DNA from: an uncultured Verrucomicrobiota bacterium
Lineage (GTDB): Bacteria > Verrucomicrobiota > Kiritimatiellia > Kiritimatiellales > Tichowtungiaceae
Assembly: GCA_964476065.1 (NCBI GenBank)
Contig: CAYYYX010000003.1
Span: 1,906 to 65,905, forward strand
Length of the DNA: 64,000 bases
Direction of reading: 5' to 3'
Both the position numbers and the translations under genes were made by a program. Shown here one piece after another: positions 16,860-26,093 of the stretch. The notes beneath the pieces were generated by a model. The model was not told where the DNA came from and searched no databases. It saw nothing but the letters and a program-made list of their open reading frames with translations. Numbering within the stretch: the stretch's first letter is position 1; each line of letters starts with the position of its first letter.

Positions 16860-18665
16860 ATGGAACTGAATATCATGCATCAATATAGAACACACACTTG
16901 CGGAGAACTTCGCAAAGAACACGTTGGACAGACCGTACGCATCTCCGGATGGGTCAACACCATTCGCGACCACGGCGGCGTCCTCTTCATTGACTTACGC
17001 GACCACTACGGTCTCACCCAGATTGTCATCAATCCCGACACGCCGTTCTACAAAGACATTGAGCACTGGCGTGTAGAGACTGTGATCTGCTTTACCGGCG
17101 AAATCGTCGCCCGCGATGACTCCGCTGTGAATCCAAAACTCGCCACCGGGGAAATCGAGCTGGTTGCCCAAACGATGGAAATCCTCGGCGAATCACAGGT
17201 GATTCCGTTCCAGGTCAATAAAGAAGAGGAGTGCTCCGAAGCGCTTCGTTTGAAATACCGTTTCCTCGACCTGCGCCGCAAAAGCCTGCACAACAACATC
17301 ATCCTTCGATCCCAGGTGATCGCCCGCATGCGCGAACTGATGACCGCGGAAGGCTTCATGGAAATGCAGACGCCGATTCTCACCAGCTCTTCGCCCGAAG
17401 GCGCGCGCGATTACCTCGTGCCGAGCCGTGTGCACCCCGGCAAGTTCTATGCGCTTCCGCAGGCTCCCCAGCAGTTTAAACAGCTGCTCATGACCTCCGG
17501 TTTTGACCGCTACTTCCAGATTGCTCCCTGCTTCCGCGACGAAGATGCCCGGGCCGACCGCTCGCCCGGCGAGTTCTATCAGCTCGACATGGAAATGGCC
17601 TTCGCCACGCAAGATGATGTCTTTGAAGTGAACGAAAAACTTCTCGCCGCCATCTTCTCTGAATTCAGCGACAAGACCATCGACAGCACCCCGTTCGTTC
17701 GCATCCCGTTCCTCGAAGCCATGGATAAATACGGTACGGACAAACCCGACCTGCGCAATCCGCTCGTCATTCAGGATGCGACGGAAATCTTCCGCACCTG
17801 CGGCTTCAAAGCCTTCGCGGGCGTCGTCGAAAAGGGCGGGGTGGTCAAAACCATCGCCGTCAAAGGGTGCGCTGACAGATCCCGTAAATTCTTTGATGGC
17901 ATGATCGCATTCGCGCAGTCCGTCGGGGCCAAGGGCCTTGGCTACATCAGCTGGATCAACGGCGAAGTGAAAAGCCCCATTGCTAAATTCCTTTCCGACG
18001 ACGAAATCGCCGCGCTTAAAGAACTCGGCGGCGTTGAAGACGGCGACACCATGTTCTTTATCGCCGACAAACTCAAAGGTGCTTGGAACATCGGGGGTCA
18101 CGTTCGCACCGAACTCGGACACCAACTCGACCTGCTCGAAAAAGATGTCTTCCGCTTCTGCTGGATTGTCGACTTCCCGATGTACGAGCTCGACGACGAC
18201 GGCAAAGTGGAATTCTCCCACAACCCGTTCTCCATCCCGCAGGGCGGAATGGACGACCTGCTCAACAAAGATCCGCTCGATATTTTGGCCTACCAGTACG
18301 ACATCGTCTGCAACGGCACGGAGCTCTCTTCGGGCGCGGTTCGAAACCACAGTCCTGAGCTGATGATCAAAGCCTTCGAAATAGCCGGTTACGATAAATC
18401 CGTTGTGGAATCTAAATTCCCAGCGCTTTACCGTGCGTTCCAATTTGGGCCGCCGCCGCACGCCGGAATCGCTCCCGGGGTCGACCGCATCGTCATGCTT
18501 CTGGCAGACGAGCCAAACATTCGCGAAGTCATTGCCTTCCCGATGAATCAGAGGGCCGAAGATTTGCTGATGAACGCGCCGGGCGAAGTCGACTTCACCC
18601 AGCTGCGCGAACTGCACCTCAAAGTCAATCTGCCCAAGAAACAGGAAGAAAAAGCAGCTGAATAG
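16860..18665 (+). CDS. aspS: Aspartate--tRNA ligase
   Basis: 601 aa. YRTHTCGELR..., FYALPQAPQQFKQLLM, CFRDEDARADR, GIAPGVDR motifs. Alternative start at 16875. Confidence 0.92.
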   Translation: MELNIMHQYRTHTCGELRKEHVGQTVRISGWVNTIRDHGGVLFIDLRDHYGLTQIVINPDTPFYKDIEHWRVETVICFTGEIVARDDSAVNPKLATGEIELVAQTMEILGESQVIPFQVNKEEECSEALRLKYRFLDLRRKSLHNNIILRSQVIARMRELMTAEGFMEMQTPILTSSSPEGARDYLVPSRVHPGKFYALPQAPQQFKQLLMTSGFDRYFQIAPCFRDEDARADRSPGEFYQLDMEMAFATQDDVFEVNEKLLAAIFSEFSDKTIDSTPFVRIPFLEAMDKYGTDKPDLRNPLVIQDATEIFRTCGFKAFAGVVEKGGVVKTIAVKGCADRSRKFFDGMIAFAQSVGAKGLGYISWINGEVKSPIAKFLSDDEIAALKELGGVEDGDTMFFIADKLKGAWNIGGHVRTELGHQLDLLEKDVFRFCWIVDFPMYELDDDGKVEFSHNPFSIPQGGMDDLLNKDPLDILAYQYDIVCNGTELSSGAVRNHSPELMIKAFEIAGYDKSVVESKFPALYRAFQFGPPPHAGIAPGVDRIVMLLADEPNIREVIAFPMNQRAEDLLMNAPGEVDFTQLRELHLKVNLPKKQEEKAAE

Positions 18666-18667
18666 AA

Positions 18668-18740
18668 CGGCTCCGCCGGAGGCGTCGCCCTACCTATATT
18701 TTCCAGTTGTCTAGGTAGGGCGAACTCTCCGAGTGAGCCG
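18668..18740. repeat. REP-like inverted doublet with GTAGGGCGA cores
   Basis: cggctccgccggaggcgtcgccctacct ... aggtagggcgaactctccgagtgagccg. The two units are inverted, with ...CCCTAC / GTAGGG... facing each other. Confidence 0.6.
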
Positions 18741-18770
18741 CTTCAGAGGTTCCAATGGTTGGAACTTTTG

Positions 18771-18822
18771 GGCTCCGTTTTTCCAAACCTTGGAAAACGG
18801 AGCCTTTTTTTTCCAGGTATTG
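18771..18822 (+). terminator. Rho-independent terminator after aspS, built on a TTCCAA-N3-TTGGAA core
   Basis: ggctccgtttttccaaaccttggaaaacggagcc followed by tttttttt. Confidence 0.75.
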
Positions 18823-18835
18823 GAAAAACGCACCG

Positions 18836-18863
18836 TTGACATCCGAAACGGATGCGTTATGGT
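18836..18863 (+). promoter_or_regulatory. vapBC promoter (TTGACA-16 nt-TATGGT) with operator palindrome CATCCG-AAA-CGGATG in the spacer
   Basis: Read directly. Ends 7 nt before the antitoxin ATG region. Confidence 0.4.
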
Positions 18864-18869
18864 TCCTTT

Positions 18870-19103
18870 ATGAGCACAATTACACTAAAGAACGTTCCAA
18901 AGGGTCTGCATACGGCGTTGAAATCTCAGGCAAAAACGCACGGGCGGAGTTTGAATAAAGAGATTATTTGCACATTGGAGAGCCTTTTTTCTCCGGGAAC
19001 CCCGGATCAAATACTCCATGAGGCACAGACGGTTCGTGAAAGCATGGGCGTGTATTTGACACAGCGCGAACTCACCGAGGCAAAGGAAGAGGGCCGCGCG
19101 TGA
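18870..19103 (+). CDS. Type II antitoxin, ribbon-helix-helix (Arc/FitA/VapB-like)
   Basis: 77 aa. MSTITLKNVPKGLHTALKSQAKTHGRSLNKEII. Stop overlaps the toxin start (GTGA). Confidence 0.7.
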   Translation: MSTITLKNVPKGLHTALKSQAKTHGRSLNKEIICTLESLFSPGTPDQILHEAQTVRESMGVYLTQRELTEAKEEGRA

Positions 19104-19495
19104 TCGTTGTAGATGTCAACATCATCGCGTATTTTTGGATTCCTGGCGAGTTGACCGAACTGGCAGAAAAAGCGTTGCAGAAAGATCCGGACTGGGTGGC
19201 ACCCCAACTTTGGCGTTCTGAATTTAGAAATATCCTCGCCCGATATCTCCGTCGTGACTTGATTAGTGCAGAAAAAATACTTCGTTGTCTCAATGGAGCA
19301 GAATCTCAGATCAAAACCTATTCAATCCCATCCGTGCGCGTCATGAATGTGGTCGAAGGTTCTACCTGCTCGGCCTACGACTGCGAATACGTGGCGTTGG
19401 CTGAAAGTCTTGGCGTGAAGCTGGTTACCGCTGACAAACAGATCTGCAGGCAGTTTCCAAAAATCGCGATCAACCTCAAAGAGTTTGTTCAGTAA
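19100..19495 (+). CDS. vapC: PIN-domain toxin VapC
   Basis: 131 aa. MIVVDVNIIAYF...YDCEYVALAESLGVKLVTADKQ. Confidence 0.75.
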   Translation: MIVVDVNIIAYFWIPGELTELAEKALQKDPDWVAPQLWRSEFRNILARYLRRDLISAEKILRCLNGAESQIKTYSIPSVRVMNVVEGSTCSAYDCEYVALAESLGVKLVTADKQICRQFPKIAINLKEFVQ

Positions 19496-21173
19496 CTTCG
19501 ATTATTTCCTGCCGCTGACGCAGGATCGCTTTGGATGTTGCGCAGAGATGCTCATCCCGATAGGGGATAGAACGACGCTTATCAAAAGTTCCAAAGGTTG
19601 GAAAAATGGATGGTAGTTCTGATGGCGAAGCAATCGTGCCGTTGCCCATTTGATGGCCCGGCTCGGTTTCTGCTATGAAGAACCCCGCTTCGCGCATTGC
19701 ACCGCGCACGGGCATTGACGATGAATAGGTCAGCAATACGCCGTTCGGCTTCATCACTCGATGCAGTTGTTTGAAAAACTCCACGGTCCAGAGTTCCGGA
19801 CAGTGCTGGCTCGAAAACGGATCGTGAAAGACAACGTCAAAGACGTTGTCTTCAAGATTTTGGATTAAATATCTGGCATCCCCAAAACGGAGGTCAGTTT
19901 TTCCAAGGGTTGGAAAATCTACTGGGCCGTTAAGGAGCAGAGAGAGCGTTTGGTTCCAGTCGACCGGATCTTTTTCCAATGTTTGGAAACTTTTGGCCGC
20001 GGCGCGGACAATTCGTTTGTCCATCTCCAGCGCGGTGATGTCGATGTTGTGTTTGGCACCGTTTGCCGCGCAGAGGGAGGCGAGCGAGTTATTGCCGAGT
20101 CCAAAGCAGACGTCGAGGAGTTTGAGGTTTGAGGTTTGGAGTTTGGAGGCCAGTTCGGACGGTTCGACAAACTTCTTGTCCGCCTCCAGCCGTGCGCCCG
20201 TCTTGGTGTGGTAATGCTCTTTCCAATCCTCGGAAAAGAAGGTGATCGATCCATCATCTGTGATAACCGGAGTTGGCTCTGCTTCTGTTTTCAAGTGTCC
20301 AGCTTCAAGCGGGTCGCCCTGTGTGATCTCTCTCATTCTCATTTGCTGGATTACGTAGTCAAGGAATTGACCTTTTTCGAGGTGCCAGTGCGGGGCGATG
20401 AGCTGGTCGTCCGGCGTATCGGTGGATATGCGCATGACGGGGATGTCGGCAGGGATGCGGCGGAGGAAATCGATCAGCCCTTCGGCGTATTCCCAATGAT
20501 TCAGCACGGTCGGCGGGTTTTCGGCCAGTTCGGTTCCCTTCATAATGTGCAGGTTGTGAATCTTGATTCCAGAGATTGGAAGTTTTGCCAATTCCCCTGC
20601 GGTTCGACTCCAGTCATTAGGGGTTTCTCCGGGCAGGCCGAGAATAATATGCGGGGCGACATGAATGCCGCGTTCGGCAAGGGCGAGAATTGCCTGTTTG
20701 CTGCATTCCCAGTCGTGACCCCTATTGATCATTTTTAGCGTTTCGTCATGTGCCGTCTGCACACCGAGCTCTAACCACACCTCATGAGGTGTGGTTAGAT
20801 TCTGGAGGAAGTTGAGGGCGGTATCTGGCAGGCAGTCGGGGCGCGTCCCAATGCTGATGGCCTCGAAGTCGAATGCGGAAAGCAGGTCAATGATTGCCTG
20901 TTGTTGGTTGGGATCGGTTAGGTCGGCGGTGAAGGCCTGAATGTAGAGCATGAACTTTTTGGCTTTGTAGCGGCGTTTGGAGAATTTAATTGCTTCTTCC
21001 GCTTGTTCGAGCGGGCTTTCCTGCCGTTGGGTCTGTTGCGCTCGTGCTCCGTTTTCGGAGCAGAAGGCGCAGCGTCCATGGGGGCAGGAAGAGGAAATTT
21101 CAACGGGAATGCGGAACAGCGGCTCGCCGTACCGTTTGATCATCCACGGCTTATATTGAACAAACGGGGTCAT
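19476..21173 (-). CDS. Fusion protein: TIGR01212-like radical SAM domain (N-terminal) and MnmC-type (DUF752) SAM-dependent tRNA methyltransferase domain (C-terminal)
   Basis: N-terminus KRYGEPLFRIPVEISSSCPHGRCAFCSENG... is YhcC/TIGR01212-like. Middle PVITDDGSITFFSEDWKEHYHTKTGARLEADKKF. C-terminus DVVFHDPFSSQHCPELWTVEFFKQLHRVMKPNGVLLTYSSSMPVRGAMREAGF parallels E. coli MnmC DAWFLDGFAPAKNPDMWT...[22 protein letters not shown]. Single 565-aa ORF. Confidence 0.65.
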   Translation of the reverse strand: MTPFVQYKPWMIKRYGEPLFRIPVEISSSCPHGRCAFCSENGARAQQTQRQESPLEQAEEAIKFSKRRYKAKKFMLYIQAFTADLTDPNQQQAIIDLLSAFDFEAISIGTRPDCLPDTALNFLQNLTTPHEVWLELGVQTAHDETLKMINRGHDWECSKQAILALAERGIHVAPHIILGLPGETPNDWSRTAGELAKLPISGIKIHNLHIMKGTELAENPPTVLNHWEYAEGLIDFLRRIPADIPVMRISTDTPDDQLIAPHWHLEKGQFLDYVIQQMRMREITQGDPLEAGHLKTEAEPTPVITDDGSITFFSEDWKEHYHTKTGARLEADKKFVEPSELASKLQTSNLKLLDVCFGLGNNSLASLCAANGAKHNIDITALEMDKRIVRAAAKSFQTLEKDPVDWNQTLSLLLNGPVDFPTLGKTDLRFGDARYLIQNLEDNVFDVVFHDPFSSQHCPELWTVEFFKQLHRVMKPNGVLLTYSSSMPVRGAMREAGFFIAETEPGHQMGNGTIASPSELPSIFPTFGTFDKRRSIPYRDEHLCATSKAILRQRQEIIEVTEQTL

Positions 21174-22075
21174 TGTACGCTAATTTGTGATGCGAGGGTT
21201 GCGACAGATTCGGGGTCGATGACTCCCGGCAGGGTGGTTTGGGCATTAGCGGATCCGCAGGCTAGGCCGAAGATAAACGCCTCGGTTAGTGAACTTCCTT
21301 TTTGAAGCGCGAAGGCGATCCCGGCGTTGACGGAGTCACCGCATCCGAGCGTGCTTTTCACCTCAACGGATGGAATGGAAAGCTGAACGGTTTCGTTGGG
21401 TGTGACGAGCAGGGCAGAGTCCGCGCCTTGTGTGATCCCGACCGCGCCTGCACCTTGAGCAATCAACTCCTGAGCGGCTTCTTCGATGTCTGAAATCCCG
21501 GTGGTTTTTAAAAGCTCGGCCGCATTGATTTTTGCGAGGGTCGGACGGCTTTCAAGTGCGGCGAGCAGCGGCTTGCCGGGCGTGTCGATGAGTACCGTTT
21601 GGTTTTCAGTTCCTTGCAGGAGTTCGCGGTAGATTTCTTGCGGCACATGGGCGGGAAGGGTGCCGGAGAGAATGATCACATCACTCTGTTTTTCCAATGT
21701 TTGGAAACTTTGGAGCAGATTTTTCCAATGTTTGGAAACCAGCGGTTCGGAGTCTTCGATGATTTCGGTGAAATCGTGCGCGTCGTCGGCCAATAGGGTT
21801 TGAGCGGTTCGGGTCGGAACATCGGTTTCGACAAAGGCGTGTTCAATGCCTTCTTCGTCGAGCAGGTGTTTAATCGTTTCGCCGGTTTCGCCGCCGGCGA
21901 AGCCGAAGAGCAGAGAATCAGCTCCTAGGGTTTTGAGTGCGCGCGCGGTATTGGTCGCTTTGCCGCCGACGGATTGCGTTACGGAGCGGACGCGGTTGAC
22001 CGCGCCGGTTTTTAGGGTTTTTAGTTCCAGCGTCCGTTGCAGGGCCGGAAATATTCCGCAACATAAAATTTTCAT
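21170..22075 (-). CDS. PfkB-family hexose-phosphate kinase (1-phosphofructokinase/tagatose-6-P kinase family)
   Basis: 301 aa. GGKATNTARAL near the N-terminus, GCGDSVNAG near the C-terminus. Confidence 0.75.
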   Translation of the reverse strand: MKILCCGIFPALQRTLELKTLKTGAVNRVRSVTQSVGGKATNTARALKTLGADSLLFGFAGGETGETIKHLLDEEGIEHAFVETDVPTRTAQTLLADDAHDFTEIIEDSEPLVSKHWKNLLQSFQTLEKQSDVIILSGTLPAHVPQEIYRELLQGTENQTVLIDTPGKPLLAALESRPTLAKINAAELLKTTGISDIEEAAQELIAQGAGAVGITQGADSALLVTPNETVQLSIPSVEVKSTLGCGDSVNAGIAFALQKGSSLTEAFIFGLACGSANAQTTLPGVIDPESVATLASQISVQ

Positions 22076-22100
22076 GAGGGAACTCTACTCGTTGTTGTTT

Positions 22101-22937
22101 TTATTCGAAGCTGCGCAGAAGTTTGATTTCGTCGGCCCAGATTGCGGGGTTGGGTGTTTCGAGAATGAGGGGCATGTCGTTGAAGCGATCGTCGGCCATG
22201 ATGAAGCGGAAGCAGTCGAGTCCGATAAACCCTTCGCCGAGGCTGTGGTGCCGGTCGACCCGCGTGCTGAGATCCTTTTTGGAGTCGTTGAGGTGCATTC
22301 CCTTCAGGTAGTGGAACCCGACGATCTGTTCGAATTGATCGAAGGTGTCTTTGCAGGCCTCGAGGGTGCGTAGGTCGTAGCCGGAGGTGAAGCTGTGGCA
22401 GGTGTCGATGCAGACCCCCACGCGGCTTTTGTCGTCCACTTGATCGATCATTCCCGCAATCTGTTCAAAGCGGTAGCCCATGTTGGAGCCTTGTCCCGCT
22501 GTGTTTTCGATGACAGCGATCACACCACTGGTTTGGGCGAGCGCGAGATTGATCGATTCGGCGATGGTGGCGATGCATTCGTCTTCGGTGCATTTTCTAA
22601 GGTGACTGCCGGGGTGAAAGTTGAGGCGGTCGAGCCCGAGCTGTTCGCAGCGTTGCAGTTCGTCGAGGAAGGCTACACGCGATTTTTCAAGCCCCTCGGC
22701 TTCGGGGTGGCCAAGGTTAATCAGATAGGAGTCGTGCGGGAGAATTTGGTTCGGCGAAAAGGTGCCGTTGCAGTTTTCGTTAAAGGCGGCAATGCCATCG
22801 TCGGTCAGCGGGGCAGAGTTCCACTGCCGCTGATTTTTGGTGAAGAGCGCAAAGGCATCTGCTCCGATGGCTTTGGCGTTCTGTGGGGCATTTTGAATGC
22901 CGCCGCTTGCGCTGACGTGGGCTCCGATGAATTTCAT
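22101..22937 (-). CDS. nfo: Deoxyribonuclease IV (endonuclease IV)
   Basis: 278 aa. [14 protein letters not shown]...[10 protein letters not shown]...NFHPGSH...CIDTCH...HLNDSK. Confidence 0.9.
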   Translation of the reverse strand: MKFIGAHVSASGGIQNAPQNAKAIGADAFALFTKNQRQWNSAPLTDDGIAAFNENCNGTFSPNQILPHDSYLINLGHPEAEGLEKSRVAFLDELQRCEQLGLDRLNFHPGSHLRKCTEDECIATIAESINLALAQTSGVIAVIENTAGQGSNMGYRFEQIAGMIDQVDDKSRVGVCIDTCHSFTSGYDLRTLEACKDTFDQFEQIVGFHYLKGMHLNDSKKDLSTRVDRHHSLGEGFIGLDCFRFIMADDRFNDMPLILETPNPAIWADEIKLLRSFE

Positions 22938-23115
22938 ATCTTTCCTAACGGTTCCTAAGATATTTCAGATGTTGAATGGGACAATTTCGCGTAGACGGAT
23001 CGGTCTTTTACCTGTTTTTCCAAACCGTGGAACCAGCTGCGCTGGATTTCAGGGCTTCGCCTTGCTCGTTGGACATCTTTTCCAAAGGCTGGAAAAGTAG
23101 CAAGCCGTAATGCGG

Positions 23116-23610
23116 TTACTCATCGTCGACACGGAGGATGCGGCGTTCCCCCTGATAGTCGACAAGGACTTCGGTTCTCCCAATTTGAATGATGCGGGTG
23201 CCATCGATTTCTCGTCCTTCGGTAAGCATTTTTCCGTTAATGAAGACCATTCGCTGGCCGCCGCCGGATGCGAAGCCGGTCAATTTCAGTTTCGGCCACC
23301 GAGCCTCAGGGGTTTTTTCAATTTCCTTTTTCGCCGGAGCCGGTTCCTTGACTACGACGGTTGGTTTTGTGTTTTCGACCTGTGCGGGAGGTGCGGTGCG
23401 AAGAAGTTTGACGGCGCCAAAGGCGATCAGGATCAGCAAGACAATCGCGATCAGGATGAGCGGGAGTTTTGTGGGAGTCTGTTCCGGTTTGTTTTTTTTG
23501 GCCAGCGGTTCCGGGATGGCGGAAGGCGGGGCGGGGGGCGGTGCTTCCGGCGGCGGAATTACGGCGGCCTCTTCCCGTTTTCGTTTCAGTGCATCTTGAA
23601 TCAAACTCAT
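23116..23610 (-). CDS. GspB/ExeB-like protein
   Basis: N-terminal MSLIQDALKRKREE (GspB-type S-x-I-x-DAL-K motif), Pro-rich linker, TM, C-terminal RMVFINGKMLTEGREIDG...LVDYQGERRIL. Downstream of an ExeA-like ATPase gene. Confidence 0.55.
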   Translation of the reverse strand: MSLIQDALKRKREEAAVIPPPEAPPPAPPSAIPEPLAKKNKPEQTPTKLPLILIAIVLLILIAFGAVKLLRTAPPAQVENTKPTVVVKEPAPAKKEIEKTPEARWPKLKLTGFASGGGQRMVFINGKMLTEGREIDGTRIIQIGRTEVLVDYQGERRILRVDDE

Positions 23611-23755
23611 AGAACGTCCTTGGGGCATTGGAATGATCGAGGGGTGGAATAATGGAAGAATGGATCGCTGGAAAAAGAGAATGCTGACGGGGAAATCAGC
23701 TGAGATGTTTTCCTCTTTTCAATACTCCAATATTCCATCACTCCAATACTCCTCT
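23611..23755 (-). repeat. GGAAT/ATTCC intercistronic inverted-repeat element, copy 3 (exeA|gspB-like, minus strand)
   Basis: On the minus strand: gaggagtattggagtgatggaatattggagtattgaaaag ... cattcttccattattccacccctcgatcattccaatgcc, then AAGGA ribosome-binding site and ATG. Confidence 0.7.
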
Positions 23756-24565
23756 TTAAATTACACTGGCCAGTTCGTGGATTGCATTTTGGATATCGGC
23801 GGTGGTCACCTGGTGATCGCGTCGGACATAGGCGGCGAGCAGCGCACGGTCGCAAAGGGTGTTGATCTGGCGCGGAATGCCTTGTGCCCGTTCGTGAACT
23901 TGTTGAACGGCATCGTTGTCGAAGGTGATGCGGTTGTTTGCACCCGCCACATTGAGCCGGTGCTGGATGTAGAGAGCGGTTTCCAGAGCGGAAAGGGGTT
24001 CCAGGTCGCAGTGAACCATGACGCGCTGGCGCAGTTGGCGCAGGTCGGGCTGCTGGAGACGTTCTTTCAGCTCCGGTTGTCCGGCCAGGATGATCTGCAT
24101 TAGTTTGTGCTGATCGGTCTCCAGGTTGGAAAGCATACGTACCTGCTCCATGAGTTCGGGCTCGAGATTTTGAGACTCGTCAATGATGACGGTGACATTT
24201 TCACTTTTCTCCAGACATGCGAGTAGAAAGCGATTGAGCTGGGCAACATGGACGAGCTTGTCGCGCCCTTTTGGTTCCAAGCCGAGGTCGAGCAGGATGG
24301 AGCGCACAAGCTGTGCGGTGGTCAGCGAGGGGTTGAGGATCAAGGCCGAATGGGTGGTGCTCGGCAGATGGTTGAGAACGGAGCGGCAGATGATGGTTTT
24401 TCCACAGCCGACTTCGCCCGTCAGCACGATAAACCCTTTTCGATGTTCAATGCCGTAGAGCAGGGATTCGTAAGCGTCCCGGTGGCGCTCCGAAAAGAAA
24501 AGGAAGCGCGGGTCGGGCGTCACGTTAAATGGAAACTCATTGAGCTGGAAAAAATCGAGATACAT
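23756..24565 (-). CDS. ExeA/GspA/MshM-family AAA ATPase
   Basis: 269 aa. FFQLNEFPFNVTPDPRFLFFSERHRDAYESL...VLTGEVGCGKT. Confidence 0.8.
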   Translation of the reverse strand: MYLDFFQLNEFPFNVTPDPRFLFFSERHRDAYESLLYGIEHRKGFIVLTGEVGCGKTIICRSVLNHLPSTTHSALILNPSLTTAQLVRSILLDLGLEPKGRDKLVHVAQLNRFLLACLEKSENVTVIIDESQNLEPELMEQVRMLSNLETDQHKLMQIILAGQPELKERLQQPDLRQLRQRVMVHCDLEPLSALETALYIQHRLNVAGANNRITFDNDAVQQVHERAQGIPRQINTLCDRALLAAYVRRDHQVTTADIQNAIHELASVI

Positions 24566-24603
24566 AAGGGGGCTTTATACCCGAATGGGCGGGGTCGATC
24601 AAC

Positions 24604-24882
24604 TCAGGAGGGCGTATGGTTTTTATGTTTGGGTTTGGGAAGGTGCTCTTTGATGTGCTTAAACCAGTGTTTCTGTTCTGCCCAATCGTGGAGGTGCGTA
24701 AACCAGTGTTGGTGGCTCAGCCATACGTTGAAGCGCGGCGAACAGCGCATAAAACAGAACACGGCGATAAGAAAAAACGGTAACTGCGGAATCACCGGCA
24801 AGAGAAGGCCGACAATCGCTAATAGCAGGAAGAGGGTGCCTGTTGAAATCCAGAGTCCCTTTTTGACGGTTTTTTTGAACAT
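24604..24882 (-). CDS. ybaN: DUF454 (YbaN-family) inner-membrane protein
   Basis: 92 aa. LLLLAIVGLLLPVIPQLPFFLIAVFCFMRCSPRF. Confidence 0.7.
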   Translation of the reverse strand: MFKKTVKKGLWISTGTLFLLLAIVGLLLPVIPQLPFFLIAVFCFMRCSPRFNVWLSHQHWFTHLHDWAEQKHWFKHIKEHLPKPKHKNHTPS

Positions 24883-24973
24883 CTTCTTTCCAACCCCTAG
24901 AAGAAGTATACCTCATTTGCCGCCTGCGATGGGATAAATTTCCAAGCATTGGAAAACCCAATAGTCCATTCTT

Positions 24974-26026
24974 TTAGGGGCATTTGCCGGCAAAATTGAG
25001 GCCGGTCATTGGGTCGAGTCCGAACATGAGGTTCATGTTCTGAAGTGCGTTGCCCGCTTGGCCCTTCATCAGGTTGTCGATATGCGAGATCACCCGCAAC
25101 CGGTTGTTCCGCTCGTCGACGTCGACAATCAGGTTGCAGAAGTTGGTTCCGCTGACCTGCGCGGTACCGATGGCGGCGGTGTTGTCGAATACCCGCACGA
25201 ACGGTTTGTCGGCGTAGAAGGCTTTGTAGGCTTCTAGAAGTTGGGCCGCGCTCGTGGTTTCGGTCAGGTCGGCGTAGAGGCAGGAGATGATTCCCCGGCA
25301 GATCGGAACGACCTGAGTCGTCATCGTGATCTGTATGGTTTCACCCGCCAGTTCACTCAGTTCCTGCTCGATTTCAACCATGTGCTGATGTCCGCCGAGT
25401 TTGTAGGCGTTCACCTGTTCGTACCGTGCGGGGTAGTGGAAAGCGGTGTTGGGTTTTTTTCCTGCACCGGACACGCCGGTCTTACAATCGCAAATGATGC
25501 TCTTCGGGCTGATCAAGTTTCCGGCGGCGGCTGGTGCGAGACCGAGGATACAGCTGACGGCAAAGCATCCGGGGTTTCCAACGAGTTTCTGTTCCGCCCC
25601 GAAGGGGTGAAGTTCGGGGAGCCCGTAGACGGTTTCGGGCAGCAGGTCTGCTGCGGCGTGGGTGGTGTCCCGACCGATAAAGGTGGCGTAGGCACTGTAT
25701 TTTTCCGGGGTGGTAAACCGGAAGTCGCCGCTGTAGTCGACCACGTGTGCGCCGTTTTTGAGCTCGGCTTGAACTGCATTCATGCCCACGCCGTCGGGCG
25801 TGGCAAAAAAGACAGCGTCAAAGCTTCTTTGCGTGGCCGGATCGTCCGGCGTCCGGATAATCTCGTCGCAAAATCCCGTCAGGTGGGGATAGAGGTCGCT
25901 CATTTTCATGCCGGTTTCGGTCGCCGCTACCAGACAATCGACTTTGAATTCAGGGTGTTGCAGCAACAGTTCGACAATTCCGACGCCGCCATAACCGCCC
26001 GCACCAACTACTTTTATACTCTTCAT
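24974..26026 (-). CDS. argC: N-acetyl-gamma-glutamyl-phosphate reductase
   Basis: MKSIKVVGAGGYGGVGIVELL...GNPGCFAVS...ISHIDNLMKGQAGNALQNMN. Start moved to ATG 26026 behind GGAGAG. Confidence 0.88.
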   Translation of the reverse strand: MKSIKVVGAGGYGGVGIVELLLQHPEFKVDCLVAATETGMKMSDLYPHLTGFCDEIIRTPDDPATQRSFDAVFFATPDGVGMNAVQAELKNGAHVVDYSGDFRFTTPEKYSAYATFIGRDTTHAAADLLPETVYGLPELHPFGAEQKLVGNPGCFAVSCILGLAPAAAGNLISPKSIICDCKTGVSGAGKKPNTAFHYPARYEQVNAYKLGGHQHMVEIEQELSELAGETIQITMTTQVVPICRGIISCLYADLTETTSAAQLLEAYKAFYADKPFVRVFDNTAAIGTAQVSGTNFCNLIVDVDERNNRLRVISHIDNLMKGQAGNALQNMNLMFGLDPMTGLNFAGKCP

Positions 26027-26093
26027 TGTCAACTCTCCGCTAGTAATAGCCTCAAAGAGGAGTACTATAACTTGTTTGCTTAGAGAGCCAATC

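Noticed and set aside
17193-18617. 474-aa ORF antisense to aspS. Similar long antisense ORFs occur at 36493-37917 (opposite cusA), 57530-58840 (opposite pepA), 47805-48731 (opposite purC) and 25241-26083 (opposite argC).
   Set aside because: These are shadow ORFs typical of GC-rich DNA. Their translations are low-complexity (Gly/Arg/Asp/His-rich) with no recognisable motifs, whereas the opposite strand encodes unmistakable conserved enzymes.
22945-22960. cctaacggttcctaaga upstream of nfo as another Pho box.
   Set aside because: Only two hexamers, at 10-bp rather than 11-bp spacing, next to a gene with no phosphate link. Too weak to call.
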